NCBI GenBank assembly: GCA_050246755.1
Contig: JBFWVL010000001.1
Coordinates: forward strand, 1,600,001-1,664,000
Length of the DNA: 64,000 nt
Direction: 5' to 3'
DNA from: Bacteriovoracia bacterium
GTDB taxonomy: Bacteria > Bdellovibrionota > UBA1018 > CAIPTA01
This document shows, one piece after another, positions 52,243 to 60,761 of this stretch (positions are counted from its first letter, which is position 1; each line of letters begins with the position of its first letter). Both the position numbers and the translations under genes were made by a program. The notes under the pieces are model-generated. The model was given only the letters and a program-made list of their open reading frames with translations. It was not told the DNA's origin and did not search any database.

Positions 52243-53679
52243 GTGAAACCAATTCTTGCTGCTCTCGTACTACCTGCTTTGCTCAGCGTGACCGCGCAGG
52301 CGACACTCGATTTGCGCCAGCTGCCCGGCCGGCAGACGATCACGCAGTCGCAGGCCGACCGTCACGATTTCTGCATTCTGCCGAAAACTCTTCCTGGTTT
52401 TGTTTATAACCAAAAACTTTTAGAGAAAGACCAGGGCACCGAAGCCGACCTTTGCGGCCTGAACCTCTATTCCGCTAGCGGCGAGATCGCCGCCTGCGCG
52501 AAGCTGAACAGCACGAATCCCGGCCTGAAAATCTTCAAATTAAAAACCGCCGCCGGTGGCCGCGCGAAATGGGAAACCGCGGAATGCGGAAAAGTGGATC
52601 CTAAGGGCGAAGGCAAAATGGTGGCGAAGTTCAAGCAGACCATGACCTGCTCCTATGCGCCCTCGCCCATCGCCTACTATCATATTTCTCGCGTGTTGGA
52701 TGCGCAGCCGGTAGTTCCCGTGGGCGTTCTGCGTACTATGGATGCCCGTACTCATCTGGAATACGTAAAAAAGGGCGCCATCGCGGCCAAAAAAATCTAT
52801 GGAGTATCGGAACCCGGCGCACCCATCCTACGGGCATGGACTCAGCTCTGGCCCGCGGCCCATCAAAATAAGCCCGCCGTGCTCTTCGATAGTTCCGGCA
52901 CCCAGGTGTGGGGCGGCTTGCTCGATTCCCCGAAAGGGAAAGAGCTGTATTCGGAAGTTTTCAAAAAGCCCGGCGCACGTTTCAACTACGATACTCGTTA
53001 CCAAGATTTCAAACTCACCGCGCCGTACCTAAAATTGAAAAATTCCGCTCCGCTCGCGACCAAGCTCGGAACCGATCTCACCACGGTGGCGCAACCCATG
53101 GTGCAGATGAAAGACGTTTCCGACATGATCCTGCTGGATTATTTGCTTAATCAGCAAGATCGCATGGGCAATATCCATTATCTCTCCTACTACCTCTACC
53201 TGAAGGACGGGGAGCTTAAGGACAAGAAAGTAAAAGACGAAGACGCTACCGACGGCACCGCGGCCGACATGAAGGCCAAAGGCGCGGTGGTGGTGAAGCG
53301 TATGCTGCTCGCCGATAACGATTGCGGCGTTACGAAAGACAATCTTATGCGCTCCAACCAGATTCTGGAGGGCATGGGCCATATGGGGCTCGAAACCTAC
53401 CGCCGCTTGCTCTGGCTTTCGAAACAGCTTCAGACCCCAGAGTGGAAGAGCTTTTTTCGCGAAGAATTGCAATTCACCCAGAACGACCTCGAGAAAAGCT
53501 CCGGCGCGAATCCCGGCCTGCTCGTGAATGCCGCGAATGCCGCCAAGATTCTTCAGGATAAATGCCGCAAAGGAACTCTTCAGCTCGACCTGAACATTAT
53601 CTTACAGCTGCAGGGAAAGAATATTACCGATAGTAAGCCGTTCTGCGATTTGCCGGCGAACTACCAGCCCGGAGTTTAA
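52243..53679 (+). CDS. secreted Fam20/Four-jointed-like atypical kinase
   Basis: signal peptide; AKFK, IAYYHISRVLD..P, DMILLDYLLNQQDR, LADND. Confidence 0.62.
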   Translation: MKPILAALVLPALLSVTAQATLDLRQLPGRQTITQSQADRHDFCILPKTLPGFVYNQKLLEKDQGTEADLCGLNLYSASGEIAACAKLNSTNPGLKIFKLKTAAGGRAKWETAECGKVDPKGEGKMVAKFKQTMTCSYAPSPIAYYHISRVLDAQPVVPVGVLRTMDARTHLEYVKKGAIAAKKIYGVSEPGAPILRAWTQLWPAAHQNKPAVLFDSSGTQVWGGLLDSPKGKELYSEVFKKPGARFNYDTRYQDFKLTAPYLKLKNSAPLATKLGTDLTTVAQPMVQMKDVSDMILLDYLLNQQDRMGNIHYLSYYLYLKDGELKDKKVKDEDATDGTAADMKAKGAVVVKRMLLADNDCGVTKDNLMRSNQILEGMGHMGLETYRRLLWLSKQLQTPEWKSFFREELQFTQNDLEKSSGANPGLLVNAANAAKILQDKCRKGTLQLDLNIILQLQGKNITDSKPFCDLPANYQPGV

Positions 53680-53682
53680 ATT

Positions 53683-54813
53683 ATGAAGAAGCTCAATCAA
53701 TTTCTCGCTGTTTTCCTGACTCTCGGATTTTTGTTTCCGGCCGCGCCCGCGCTGGCCGGCAAGGCCTATACCCAAGCCGAGCTCAATAAGCTTTGGCACC
53801 AAACGGGAAAGAAAGAGCGTAAGCTCGTTACCTCCAATTCCACGCACTTCTGGGCATGGGCCAAGAATGAAGCCGAGGGCTACGTGGGCGACTACCTCGC
53901 GCCCGAAGGGGTCGTGATCGGCGATCCACACCCGAGAAACGTTTTCGACTATCGCAATGGCGGTAAAGCGAAGCTAGCCGTAGCGGACATCGACGACGGC
54001 GGCCAGGCCCCGCTCTTTCTCGATATCGTGCGGCTGATCGTCTATACCGAAACGCTCGACATGAAGATCAAGATTAGCGAGATCTTCGACGCTTACGTGG
54101 ATGGTCTCCGTGGAAGCAAAACGGAAGAGCCCGATGCCATGGCGGACGCGCGCGCCGAGAGCCAGCGGGATATCGAGGCCGGGCACGCAAAATATATCGA
54201 TAAGCATACCACCCAAAAAGGAAAACTCGATCTCGAGGAGCTCAACCTTACCGGCCAAGACGATTTCAGTGCTGCCCAGAAAAAAGCCCTGGCCTCACTT
54301 TCTAAGATCGCGCTCCAGAGGACCGGCCTCGCCGAAGTGGTGGACGCCGGATTCAAGGTGAACGATAGCGGCAGCAGCTTGGGCATGGACCGCTACTGGC
54401 TCCTGCTCGGCAAGAACGGGGAAGGAAAGCTCCTCCTCGAGTTCAAGGAGCTCGGCCGCTCGGCCGTTAGCTACTACCAGCGTCAGGCCGGTACCGAGGC
54501 CCGCGTGAAAGAGGTTCTCGACGTATATAGCGACGACGGCCTCAACGACGAAAAATTCGGCGTGGTAGCGGCGGCCGGAAAAGAATTCTGGATGCGTCCG
54601 CGCCATTACCAGGCCCTCGATCTCGACGACGAAGACCTTTCTTCTAAGGACCAGAAAGAATTTGCCGAATATACCGCTAACTGGATCGGCCTCTCGCAAC
54701 GCAGCCAAGTCGACGGCAAAAAGCTCTTGAAGCTTATCGAGAAAGACCGGAAAACCGCCAAGGACGCCCTAGAAGAAATGGTGCGCGCCTACCTGGAAGA
54801 AATCCGCAATTAA
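53683..54813 (+). CDS. secreted DUF2252-like kinase-fold protein
   Basis: signal peptide; GDPHPRN, DIDDG, GSSLG..RYWLL, LEFKE. Confidence 0.7.
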   Translation: MKKLNQFLAVFLTLGFLFPAAPALAGKAYTQAELNKLWHQTGKKERKLVTSNSTHFWAWAKNEAEGYVGDYLAPEGVVIGDPHPRNVFDYRNGGKAKLAVADIDDGGQAPLFLDIVRLIVYTETLDMKIKISEIFDAYVDGLRGSKTEEPDAMADARAESQRDIEAGHAKYIDKHTTQKGKLDLEELNLTGQDDFSAAQKKALASLSKIALQRTGLAEVVDAGFKVNDSGSSLGMDRYWLLLGKNGEGKLLLEFKELGRSAVSYYQRQAGTEARVKEVLDVYSDDGLNDEKFGVVAAAGKEFWMRPRHYQALDLDDEDLSSKDQKEFAEYTANWIGLSQRSQVDGKKLLKLIEKDRKTAKDALEEMVRAYLEEIRN

Positions 54814-54890
54814 GGCCGGGCTTACCTGCTGCCGTTTGGAATTAAACTGATTCGCCTTAAGCCCTTGATCGCCTTAATTAATTCGGGGAA

Positions 54891-56834
54891 ATGCTCCGAT
54901 TAGTTAAGGTGGTTACATTTGGGCGCATAAAACAATATCTATTTGCATGCCTGCTTTCGTCGCTGCTGTTCTTTTCGGCGCTCTCCTTTGCCGCCGAAGA
55001 GCGCATTCTCGTGCGCGGCGTGGCCGCCGATTTCATCGATATCCTCGCCATGCCGGAACCGGATCAATCCCGTGCCTTGCGTGCCTTCGTGAGCAAGCAT
55101 CGGGAAACCCTCCAGCGCCTCTCTTCCGCCAAGTCGCCCGGCCGGGAAATCCTCGATTCTAGGGTACTGGGCTCCGCCGTGGACTGGACCCCCGAGATGG
55201 ATAAGTTATTCGTGGAGGCAATCGATGCCACTTTCCGCCACCCCATGTTTCTGCAAATCCTGCCTTTTACCACCGATCTCTTTCAGCTTGTTCCCGACGA
55301 TAATCTTAAATTCGTGCTCATGCGCAGCTCGGCCAAGCTGGATTCGTTCAGCGTGTCCAACCAGCCCGGATTCCGCAGTATCTTAGATCCTAAAACCGGC
55401 GTGAGCATTGCCAACCCCGATATCAAAAAGCTGGCCGAAGAGATGCTGCCGAAGTTCTACGATTCCCTTCCCGTGAGAATGAAGGCGAAAATCATCGCCT
55501 CCGTGCTGCGCCTTTCTCCCGATGCCAGCGCCACGCACCAAGCTTCCGAAGTTCTCCAGAGCTCGGGGCCGATCGCGCAAAAATTATTCCAGTTGATTGG
55601 CCGGGAGAGTAACTCACCCGAAATGGCGATCGTGCTTGAAGAACTGCAGGCCAACGTAAAGCCCATTCCACAGGTGGAAATTGTGCAGGTGGTGGAGGCC
55701 CGCCTCGGCAAAAAGATCCCGGAAGTATTTTCTAGCTTCTCCGAGCCCATCGCTTCCGGCACGGTGGGCCAGGTGCATTTCGCTACCCTGGCGAGCAGCG
55801 GTGAACAGGTGGCCGTGAAAGTGAGGCGGCCGGGCGTGGAAGCCGCGTACCGCGGAGAATTGGAGGCCCTGCGTTTGGCCACGAAGGGCACCGATAAGGC
55901 TCAGTTGGTGGTAAAGATCGAAAGCACCGTGGGCCGGGAACTGAATTTTCTTCTGGAGTCCCATAATCTCAAAGCTGGCGAAGTGTATATTAACGATAAG
56001 AGCGGTATTAAGATCGCGAGTCTCGTGGATGGAATCGCCCCGCACGAAGATCTCCTCGTGATGCGCAAAGCCGAAGGAATGAAAATTAATCGCTTCGTGC
56101 GCGCCACGGATCTCGTGAAGCGGGGGGAGGCGATGAGCCGCCTGCTCGACGCGTGGGTGCTTGAGTCCGTTTTCCGCGACGGATTCTTCCACGGGGATTT
56201 GCATCCGGGGAATGTATTCTTCAAGCTAGACGACAAGGCCCGAAATGGCTATGAGCTCACCATGCTTGATTTCGGCAATGCCGGCCGCATTACGCTGACT
56301 CAGCAGAAGGCTTTCGTGAAGATGCTGGCCGCGATCACTCTCCGCTCCCCCGAGGATCTGGCCGCCGCCATCGGCACGCTGGGGAGGATTCCGGACGGAG
56401 TGAGGGACGTGGTGCTTGCCGATTTCCGGAAAGCGCTGGAGCGATCCCCGCACTATCCCCTCGATTCCTGGTATAACGAGGTTTTTTCGGAAATCCTGGA
56501 AAGCTGCCTAAAGAACAAGGTCGATATGCCGGACTCTTTCTTGGCCTTCAATCGCGGAAAGGCTTTTTTGGAAATCGAGCTGCACGAAGTGAATAAGCTG
56601 CTCGATAAGGTGGACCCGAAACAGGCGCTCAAGCGTTTCGATGCGACCCGTGTGATGGCGAAGGTTCTGCTGCGCCAGATCCCGAAGGTTCCGGCCAATA
56701 TGCTCAAGGGTTCCGATAAATCGGTACTTACGTTCGAAATGATGCGGGAGATCGCGGGCATGTGGAAAAATTCTCTGTACGAGAACTCCATTCAGATGTG
56801 CAAGCAGCTCTTCGGGGCGCTGAAGAAGCAATAG
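54891..56834 (+). CDS. ABC1/UbiB/AarF family kinase with signal-like N-terminus
   Basis: GP..QK.FQ, ASGTVGQV, VAVKV, HGDLHPGN, LDFG. Confidence 0.88.
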   Translation: MLRLVKVVTFGRIKQYLFACLLSSLLFFSALSFAAEERILVRGVAADFIDILAMPEPDQSRALRAFVSKHRETLQRLSSAKSPGREILDSRVLGSAVDWTPEMDKLFVEAIDATFRHPMFLQILPFTTDLFQLVPDDNLKFVLMRSSAKLDSFSVSNQPGFRSILDPKTGVSIANPDIKKLAEEMLPKFYDSLPVRMKAKIIASVLRLSPDASATHQASEVLQSSGPIAQKLFQLIGRESNSPEMAIVLEELQANVKPIPQVEIVQVVEARLGKKIPEVFSSFSEPIASGTVGQVHFATLASSGEQVAVKVRRPGVEAAYRGELEALRLATKGTDKAQLVVKIESTVGRELNFLLESHNLKAGEVYINDKSGIKIASLVDGIAPHEDLLVMRKAEGMKINRFVRATDLVKRGEAMSRLLDAWVLESVFRDGFFHGDLHPGNVFFKLDDKARNGYELTMLDFGNAGRITLTQQKAFVKMLAAITLRSPEDLAAAIGTLGRIPDGVRDVVLADFRKALERSPHYPLDSWYNEVFSEILESCLKNKVDMPDSFLAFNRGKAFLEIELHEVNKLLDKVDPKQALKRFDATRVMAKVLLRQIPKVPANMLKGSDKSVLTFEMMREIAGMWKNSLYENSIQMCKQLFGALKKQ

Positions 56835-56859
56835 TCACGAAAAGTTTTTTCATTCCTCT

Positions 56860-56886
56860 TGCAACCTTTTGCCTCCATCCGCTCAA
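56860..56886 (+). promoter_or_regulatory. ECF-type autoregulatory promoter
   Basis: TGCAACCTT-N14-TCAA; same spacing repeated at 57644-57670. Confidence 0.6.
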
Positions 56887-56895
56887 ATGCTGTTA

Positions 56896-57396
56896 ATGAG
56901 CCTGCAGGATATCAATTGGGACGCGACGGTCTTAGAGCTTGGCCCTAAGCTATACCGTTACTTTTCCGGGCTTTTCCCGCCCCAAACGGCATCCGATTTG
57001 GTGCAGGAAACCTTCATGCGTCTTTTAAAGAAGATAAGGTCGGGCGAGTTTCAACCCGAAATGGGCGCTTTGCCATCCTACGCTTTTGGCATTGCCCGGT
57101 GGATACGCATCGAGCGGGCCCGTGGCGATCGCAAGAACCAAACCCTGCAACTCACCGAAGAGTTTGATGTGGTCTCATCCGAGACCCCGGTCGACCGCTC
57201 CAATCCTGCCATTTTCTTACGCTGGGCTATCGGCCAGCTAAAGCCAGTAGAGCAGGAAGTCATTCTAAGGATGATCGATGGGGAATGCGGCCTCGAGCAA
57301 ATAGGTGGCGAGCTCGGTATGCCGCTCGGAACCGTGAAAAGCCACGCGCACCGCGCAAAGATTCGATTGAAAGAGCTAATGGAGGTAACCGTATGA
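56896..57396 (+). CDS. ECF RNA polymerase sigma factor
   Basis: ASDLVQETF (region 2), LGMPLGTVKSH.HRA (region 4); alternative start 56887. Confidence 0.9.
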   Translation: MSLQDINWDATVLELGPKLYRYFSGLFPPQTASDLVQETFMRLLKKIRSGEFQPEMGALPSYAFGIARWIRIERARGDRKNQTLQLTEEFDVVSSETPVDRSNPAIFLRWAIGQLKPVEQEVILRMIDGECGLEQIGGELGMPLGTVKSHAHRAKIRLKELMEVTV

Positions 57397-57680
57397 ATGA
57401 ACGTGACGATGAGCTCGACGCTTTACTGGCTCCGCTTCGCGGCATAAAACCAAGCGAGGCTCAGCTGAGCGGTTGGCGGAACGCCGTTCGTGGTGAAATG
57501 AATCCTACCAAAAGAATGAATCCATGGATGGCTCGTGCCGTACAGCTTACGGCGGCGGCTTTCATTGGATTTTTAGTGGGCGCTTGGTTTTTCCGTGCGC
57601 ACTCTTTCACCGCGCCCGCTGAAGATATTTTTGCGCATTCCGATGCAACCTTCGAGCGCTCACATATCAATTTAGATTAG
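57393..57680 (+). CDS. small single-TM putative anti-sigma factor
   Basis: ATGA-coupled to the sigma gene; one TM segment. Confidence 0.65.
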   Translation: MNERDDELDALLAPLRGIKPSEAQLSGWRNAVRGEMNPTKRMNPWMARAVQLTAAAFIGFLVGAWFFRAHSFTAPAEDIFAHSDATFERSHINLD

Positions 57681-57701
57681 AAAAATTAACATGGAGATTT
57701 T

Positions 57702-58544
57702 ATGATCGTAAAATTTTTAGTTCTTTCCAATCTGCTCGCTATTTCAGCCTTCTCCGCGAACCTTACGCCCGCCGAAATTCGCGAACGATTGGAAGTGCGC
57801 GCTGATGTGTACCAAATGGATGCATCGGGAAAACGCGTCGTCGCCGGCCCTCTGCGCACTAACTATTGGCGCTTTAGTCCTGAGGAAACGGTTCTTGAGG
57901 GGGACTGGTCTTCCAATTTTAATAACGCCGTCTTGGCCCTTCGCCACCGCATTGAGGTCACAAACACCGGGACCATCAAGTTTTCTTTAGAAGAATTCGA
58001 AAAGATATACGAGAAAGTTCCAGGAGCGAAGGGGCCGACCCTCAAAGAATCTCTCGGGAAAAAAGAGATGGAATTAGATGGTCTGGAGGCGATCGTCTGG
58101 AAAGTAAAAAATCCAAAATCGCCCGGTATGGTGGTTCGCTATTTCTTGAATCTGAAAGAAACCTCCGAGCCGATTTCGATGAATGAGCTCCCCGTGGCGG
58201 CTACCGGAGTTTCTATTGCAGATACCGACGGCTACCTATGGGCCGATGAAGTGGACATGCACGGAAAATACACCGGGATAACGACCCACAGAGGGACTTT
58301 GCTTCTCAGCTACGTTCCTTTCGCGGGCGCCAAAGAGATGGGAATCGTAGAAAAGAACGAAATGCGGTTGACGGTTTCTAAAAAATTTAAAATTACCTTG
58401 CGAGCCAAGACTGATTTTTTACCGGCCACCTTAAGCGCGAAAGTATACGCTTTATATAGGGCAGATAAGCGTACTAAAGCCCCTAATTCCGTAAGCAGCT
58501 TCGATTCAAATAAAGAAGAAAATATTTTAGAGCAGTTGAAGTGA
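57702..58544 (+). CDS. secreted hypothetical protein (likely ECF target)
   Basis: signal peptide, GGAG SD, ECF-like promoter upstream. Confidence 0.7.
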   Translation: MIVKFLVLSNLLAISAFSANLTPAEIRERLEVRADVYQMDASGKRVVAGPLRTNYWRFSPEETVLEGDWSSNFNNAVLALRHRIEVTNTGTIKFSLEEFEKIYEKVPGAKGPTLKESLGKKEMELDGLEAIVWKVKNPKSPGMVVRYFLNLKETSEPISMNELPVAATGVSIADTDGYLWADEVDMHGKYTGITTHRGTLLLSYVPFAGAKEMGIVEKNEMRLTVSKKFKITLRAKTDFLPATLSAKVYALYRADKRTKAPNSVSSFDSNKEENILEQLK

Positions 58545-58585
58545 AAAAATGCGCCGCCCTTTTCGGGCGGTGCATTTTTTTATTT
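58544..58585. terminator. bidirectional terminator
   Basis: AAAAAATGCGCCGCCC-loop-GGGCGGTGCATTTTTT. Confidence 0.85.
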
Positions 58586-58607
58586 TATATTCAGTATTAA
58601 TGCTTTG

Positions 58608-60209
58608 TTAATCCACCGAACCAGGATTCTTAAGGATAATAATCACCGCCGTCACGCGGGCGAGGTATTCGGTATCGTTTTCGTAGCCGGCGCGGACGAG
58701 TTTCCAGGCATCGCGCGAACCGGTTTCGACAATGGCTTTTTGCACGGACCTCTCGCCCATATTGTAGGCCATGAGCGCGAGCTGCCAGTCGCGGAACTGG
58801 AGATTGTTCGCGCTTAAGTAGCGGATTCCGGCATCGGTCTCCATTTCCACATTGAGGCGCTCGTCGATTTTTTCGTCCACGCGCATTCCAAATACCCTTG
58901 CCGTGCTGGGAATGAATTGCCAAAGTCCCGCGCCTTGACCGCCCGATTTGGGCTGCTCCAGGTTTTGGTAGCCCGATTCCACGATCGGCACCGCCATCAG
59001 TTCCGCCGGTGCTTTATATTTTTCGAGTTTGTCACCCACCACGCCCTGGAAGTTTTTCATGCGCTGGAGGGACTGGCGCATGAAGTTCCTGCCCTCCGCC
59101 GTGCCGAGGAAGCGATTCAGCTGTTTGAGCACCAAATCGTTCACCACGATCGGGAAGGTGGTGTCTTTCTGGGCAATTGCCTGCATCGCTTCGGCTTGGG
59201 CCATTGTCACGCGTCGGTCTTGCACGAGGCCCTTAGCGGCGTAGCTAGTGGCTCCGAGCGAGGCGAGCAGGATTGCGCCGAGGGCCAGCGCGGTTAATTT
59301 CGTATGTTTCATCCTTGTTACATTTTTCATAGACTCGATTCTCCTTCTGAGAATATTGCGTTCCGCCAGGAAGAGTAAACCCGTTGCGCAGGCGGGAATA
59401 AAATTCTGGCGGTTCGCGGTTTGTGCCACCGTAACGAGGCAGCGGGCGTAAGCCTGTGAATCCACTTTTTTACGGTCGACCAGCGTTTCATCACAGGCAA
59501 ATTCTTGCGTTTCCATCATCCATCGCGCCCAGAGATGGGCGGCGGGATTGACTGCGCAACTAGTTCTGAGCAGCCAGATCGCGTAGATCCACAGCGTGTC
59601 GCGCTGGCGGTGGTGCTGGAGCTCGTGGGTGATCGCGATTTTGTAGTCGACGAGAGAGCCCAGCAGGCCGGTAGGAAGAACCACGGTGAGTTCGCCCGGA
59701 ATCCAGTAGGTGAAGGGGACGGTTATCTCATCATTCGTGGTAATACTGATGCCGTGAATTTTCTTTACGAGGAAGGATCGCTTCCGGATGCGAGCGAGGG
59801 CGCGTAAATCGCGAGACAAGCGCAGCGCCAGAGCCAGGAGAAGCAAGGTTCCTAGGGTTGAGCCCGCCCATATAATTTTGTGAGTGGTCATAGCACCGAT
59901 TTTTTTGCCGGCGTTCAGTCGGAGGAAGCCGCCACCCTCCGAGCGTTGGTAGTCCTGGTTGAAGTTCCGCATCGAGGAGGCCGACCAAACGCGGGCCGCG
60001 GGCCGGAAGTTTTCTCCCGGAATCAGCGAGGAGGCGAGGGTGCACGCCAATAGGAGCGGAAGCGTAAAATAATGCAGGCGTAGAAGAGCGGAAGCCGATA
60101 TGGGGCTGGCCGCTTTTTTAAGGGCCAACGTACAAATAACCAGAATTCCCCAAGCGAGTAGCACCAGTACGTTCAGCGCAAGGTAGCTGGATAGGATTAC
60201 GGCCAGCAT
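58608..60209 (-). CDS. BlaR1/M56 peptidase fused to lytic transglycosylase (MltD/SLT) domain
   Basis: HELQH, QEFACD, RRI (M56); VESG, AGLWQFIPSTA, AYNMGE (SLT). Confidence 0.88.
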   Translation of the reverse strand: MLAVILSSYLALNVLVLLAWGILVICTLALKKAASPISASALLRLHYFTLPLLLACTLASSLIPGENFRPAARVWSASSMRNFNQDYQRSEGGGFLRLNAGKKIGAMTTHKIIWAGSTLGTLLLLALALRLSRDLRALARIRKRSFLVKKIHGISITTNDEITVPFTYWIPGELTVVLPTGLLGSLVDYKIAITHELQHHRQRDTLWIYAIWLLRTSCAVNPAAHLWARWMMETQEFACDETLVDRKKVDSQAYARCLVTVAQTANRQNFIPACATGLLFLAERNILRRRIESMKNVTRMKHTKLTALALGAILLASLGATSYAAKGLVQDRRVTMAQAEAMQAIAQKDTTFPIVVNDLVLKQLNRFLGTAEGRNFMRQSLQRMKNFQGVVGDKLEKYKAPAELMAVPIVESGYQNLEQPKSGGQGAGLWQFIPSTARVFGMRVDEKIDERLNVEMETDAGIRYLSANNLQFRDWQLALMAYNMGERSVQKAIVETGSRDAWKLVRAGYENDTEYLARVTAVIIILKNPGSVD

Positions 60210-60610
60210 TAGGATTTCTCCTCGAGATCGCGCACGAGCTTTTTCAGTTCCGCCAGCTCGGCCTCATCGATTTTCACGCTGCCGAGGAGCTGCTTCACCA
60301 TTGCCATGGGCGTACCATCGAAGACCCTGTCCACCACGTGGCGTACAGCCTTGGTTTCGTACTGGGACTTTTTCAGCGCGGGGATATAGACGTGGCCCCG
60401 GCCTTCCTTGCGGGTCTTCAGTACTTCTTTTTGCTCGAGGATGCGAAGGATGGTGGAGACCGAGGTATAGGCGAGCTCCCGGCCCTTGGGCAGATGGGCG
60501 ATCACCTCGTTCACCGAGCCCTCCCCGAGCCTCCAGAGAATGCTCATGAGCTCGAGCTCTACCTCGGTCAGCATTTTTTCGTCGCCATGGGTGGACTTGG
60601 GCTTGGTCAT
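60209..60610 (-). CDS. BlaI/MecI/CopY family repressor
   Basis: LTEVELELM.ILW, LAYTSVSTIL.ILE.K, F.G. Confidence 0.93.
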   Translation of the reverse strand: MTKPKSTHGDEKMLTEVELELMSILWRLGEGSVNEVIAHLPKGRELAYTSVSTILRILEQKEVLKTRKEGRGHVYIPALKKSQYETKAVRHVVDRVFDGTPMAMVKQLLGSVKIDEAELAELKKLVRDLEEKS

Positions 60611-60635
60611 CGCGCATCTCTCCTTGAAAGAAGAG

Positions 60636-60676
60636 TAACTAAGGAATTAGTTATTAGCAACTAAAGTTTTAGTTGC
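60636..60676. promoter_or_regulatory. tandem operators of BlaI-like repressor
   Basis: TAACTAA-GGAA-TTAGTTA and GCAACTAA-AGTT-TTAGTTGC. Confidence 0.78.
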
Positions 60677-60761
60677 TTAGGATTGTTGAGATTTTCGCAG
60701 GAAAAGTCCGCAGCATACCTTTTAGTCGGTAGGGGAGAAGCGGTTGCCAATAAAAGTAGCA

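Noticed and set aside
54870-54905. Sigma28-like promoter before the ABC1 kinase (TAAT-N16-TCCGATTA)
   Set aside because: Weak match that overlaps the only in-frame ATG; unresolved without TSS data.
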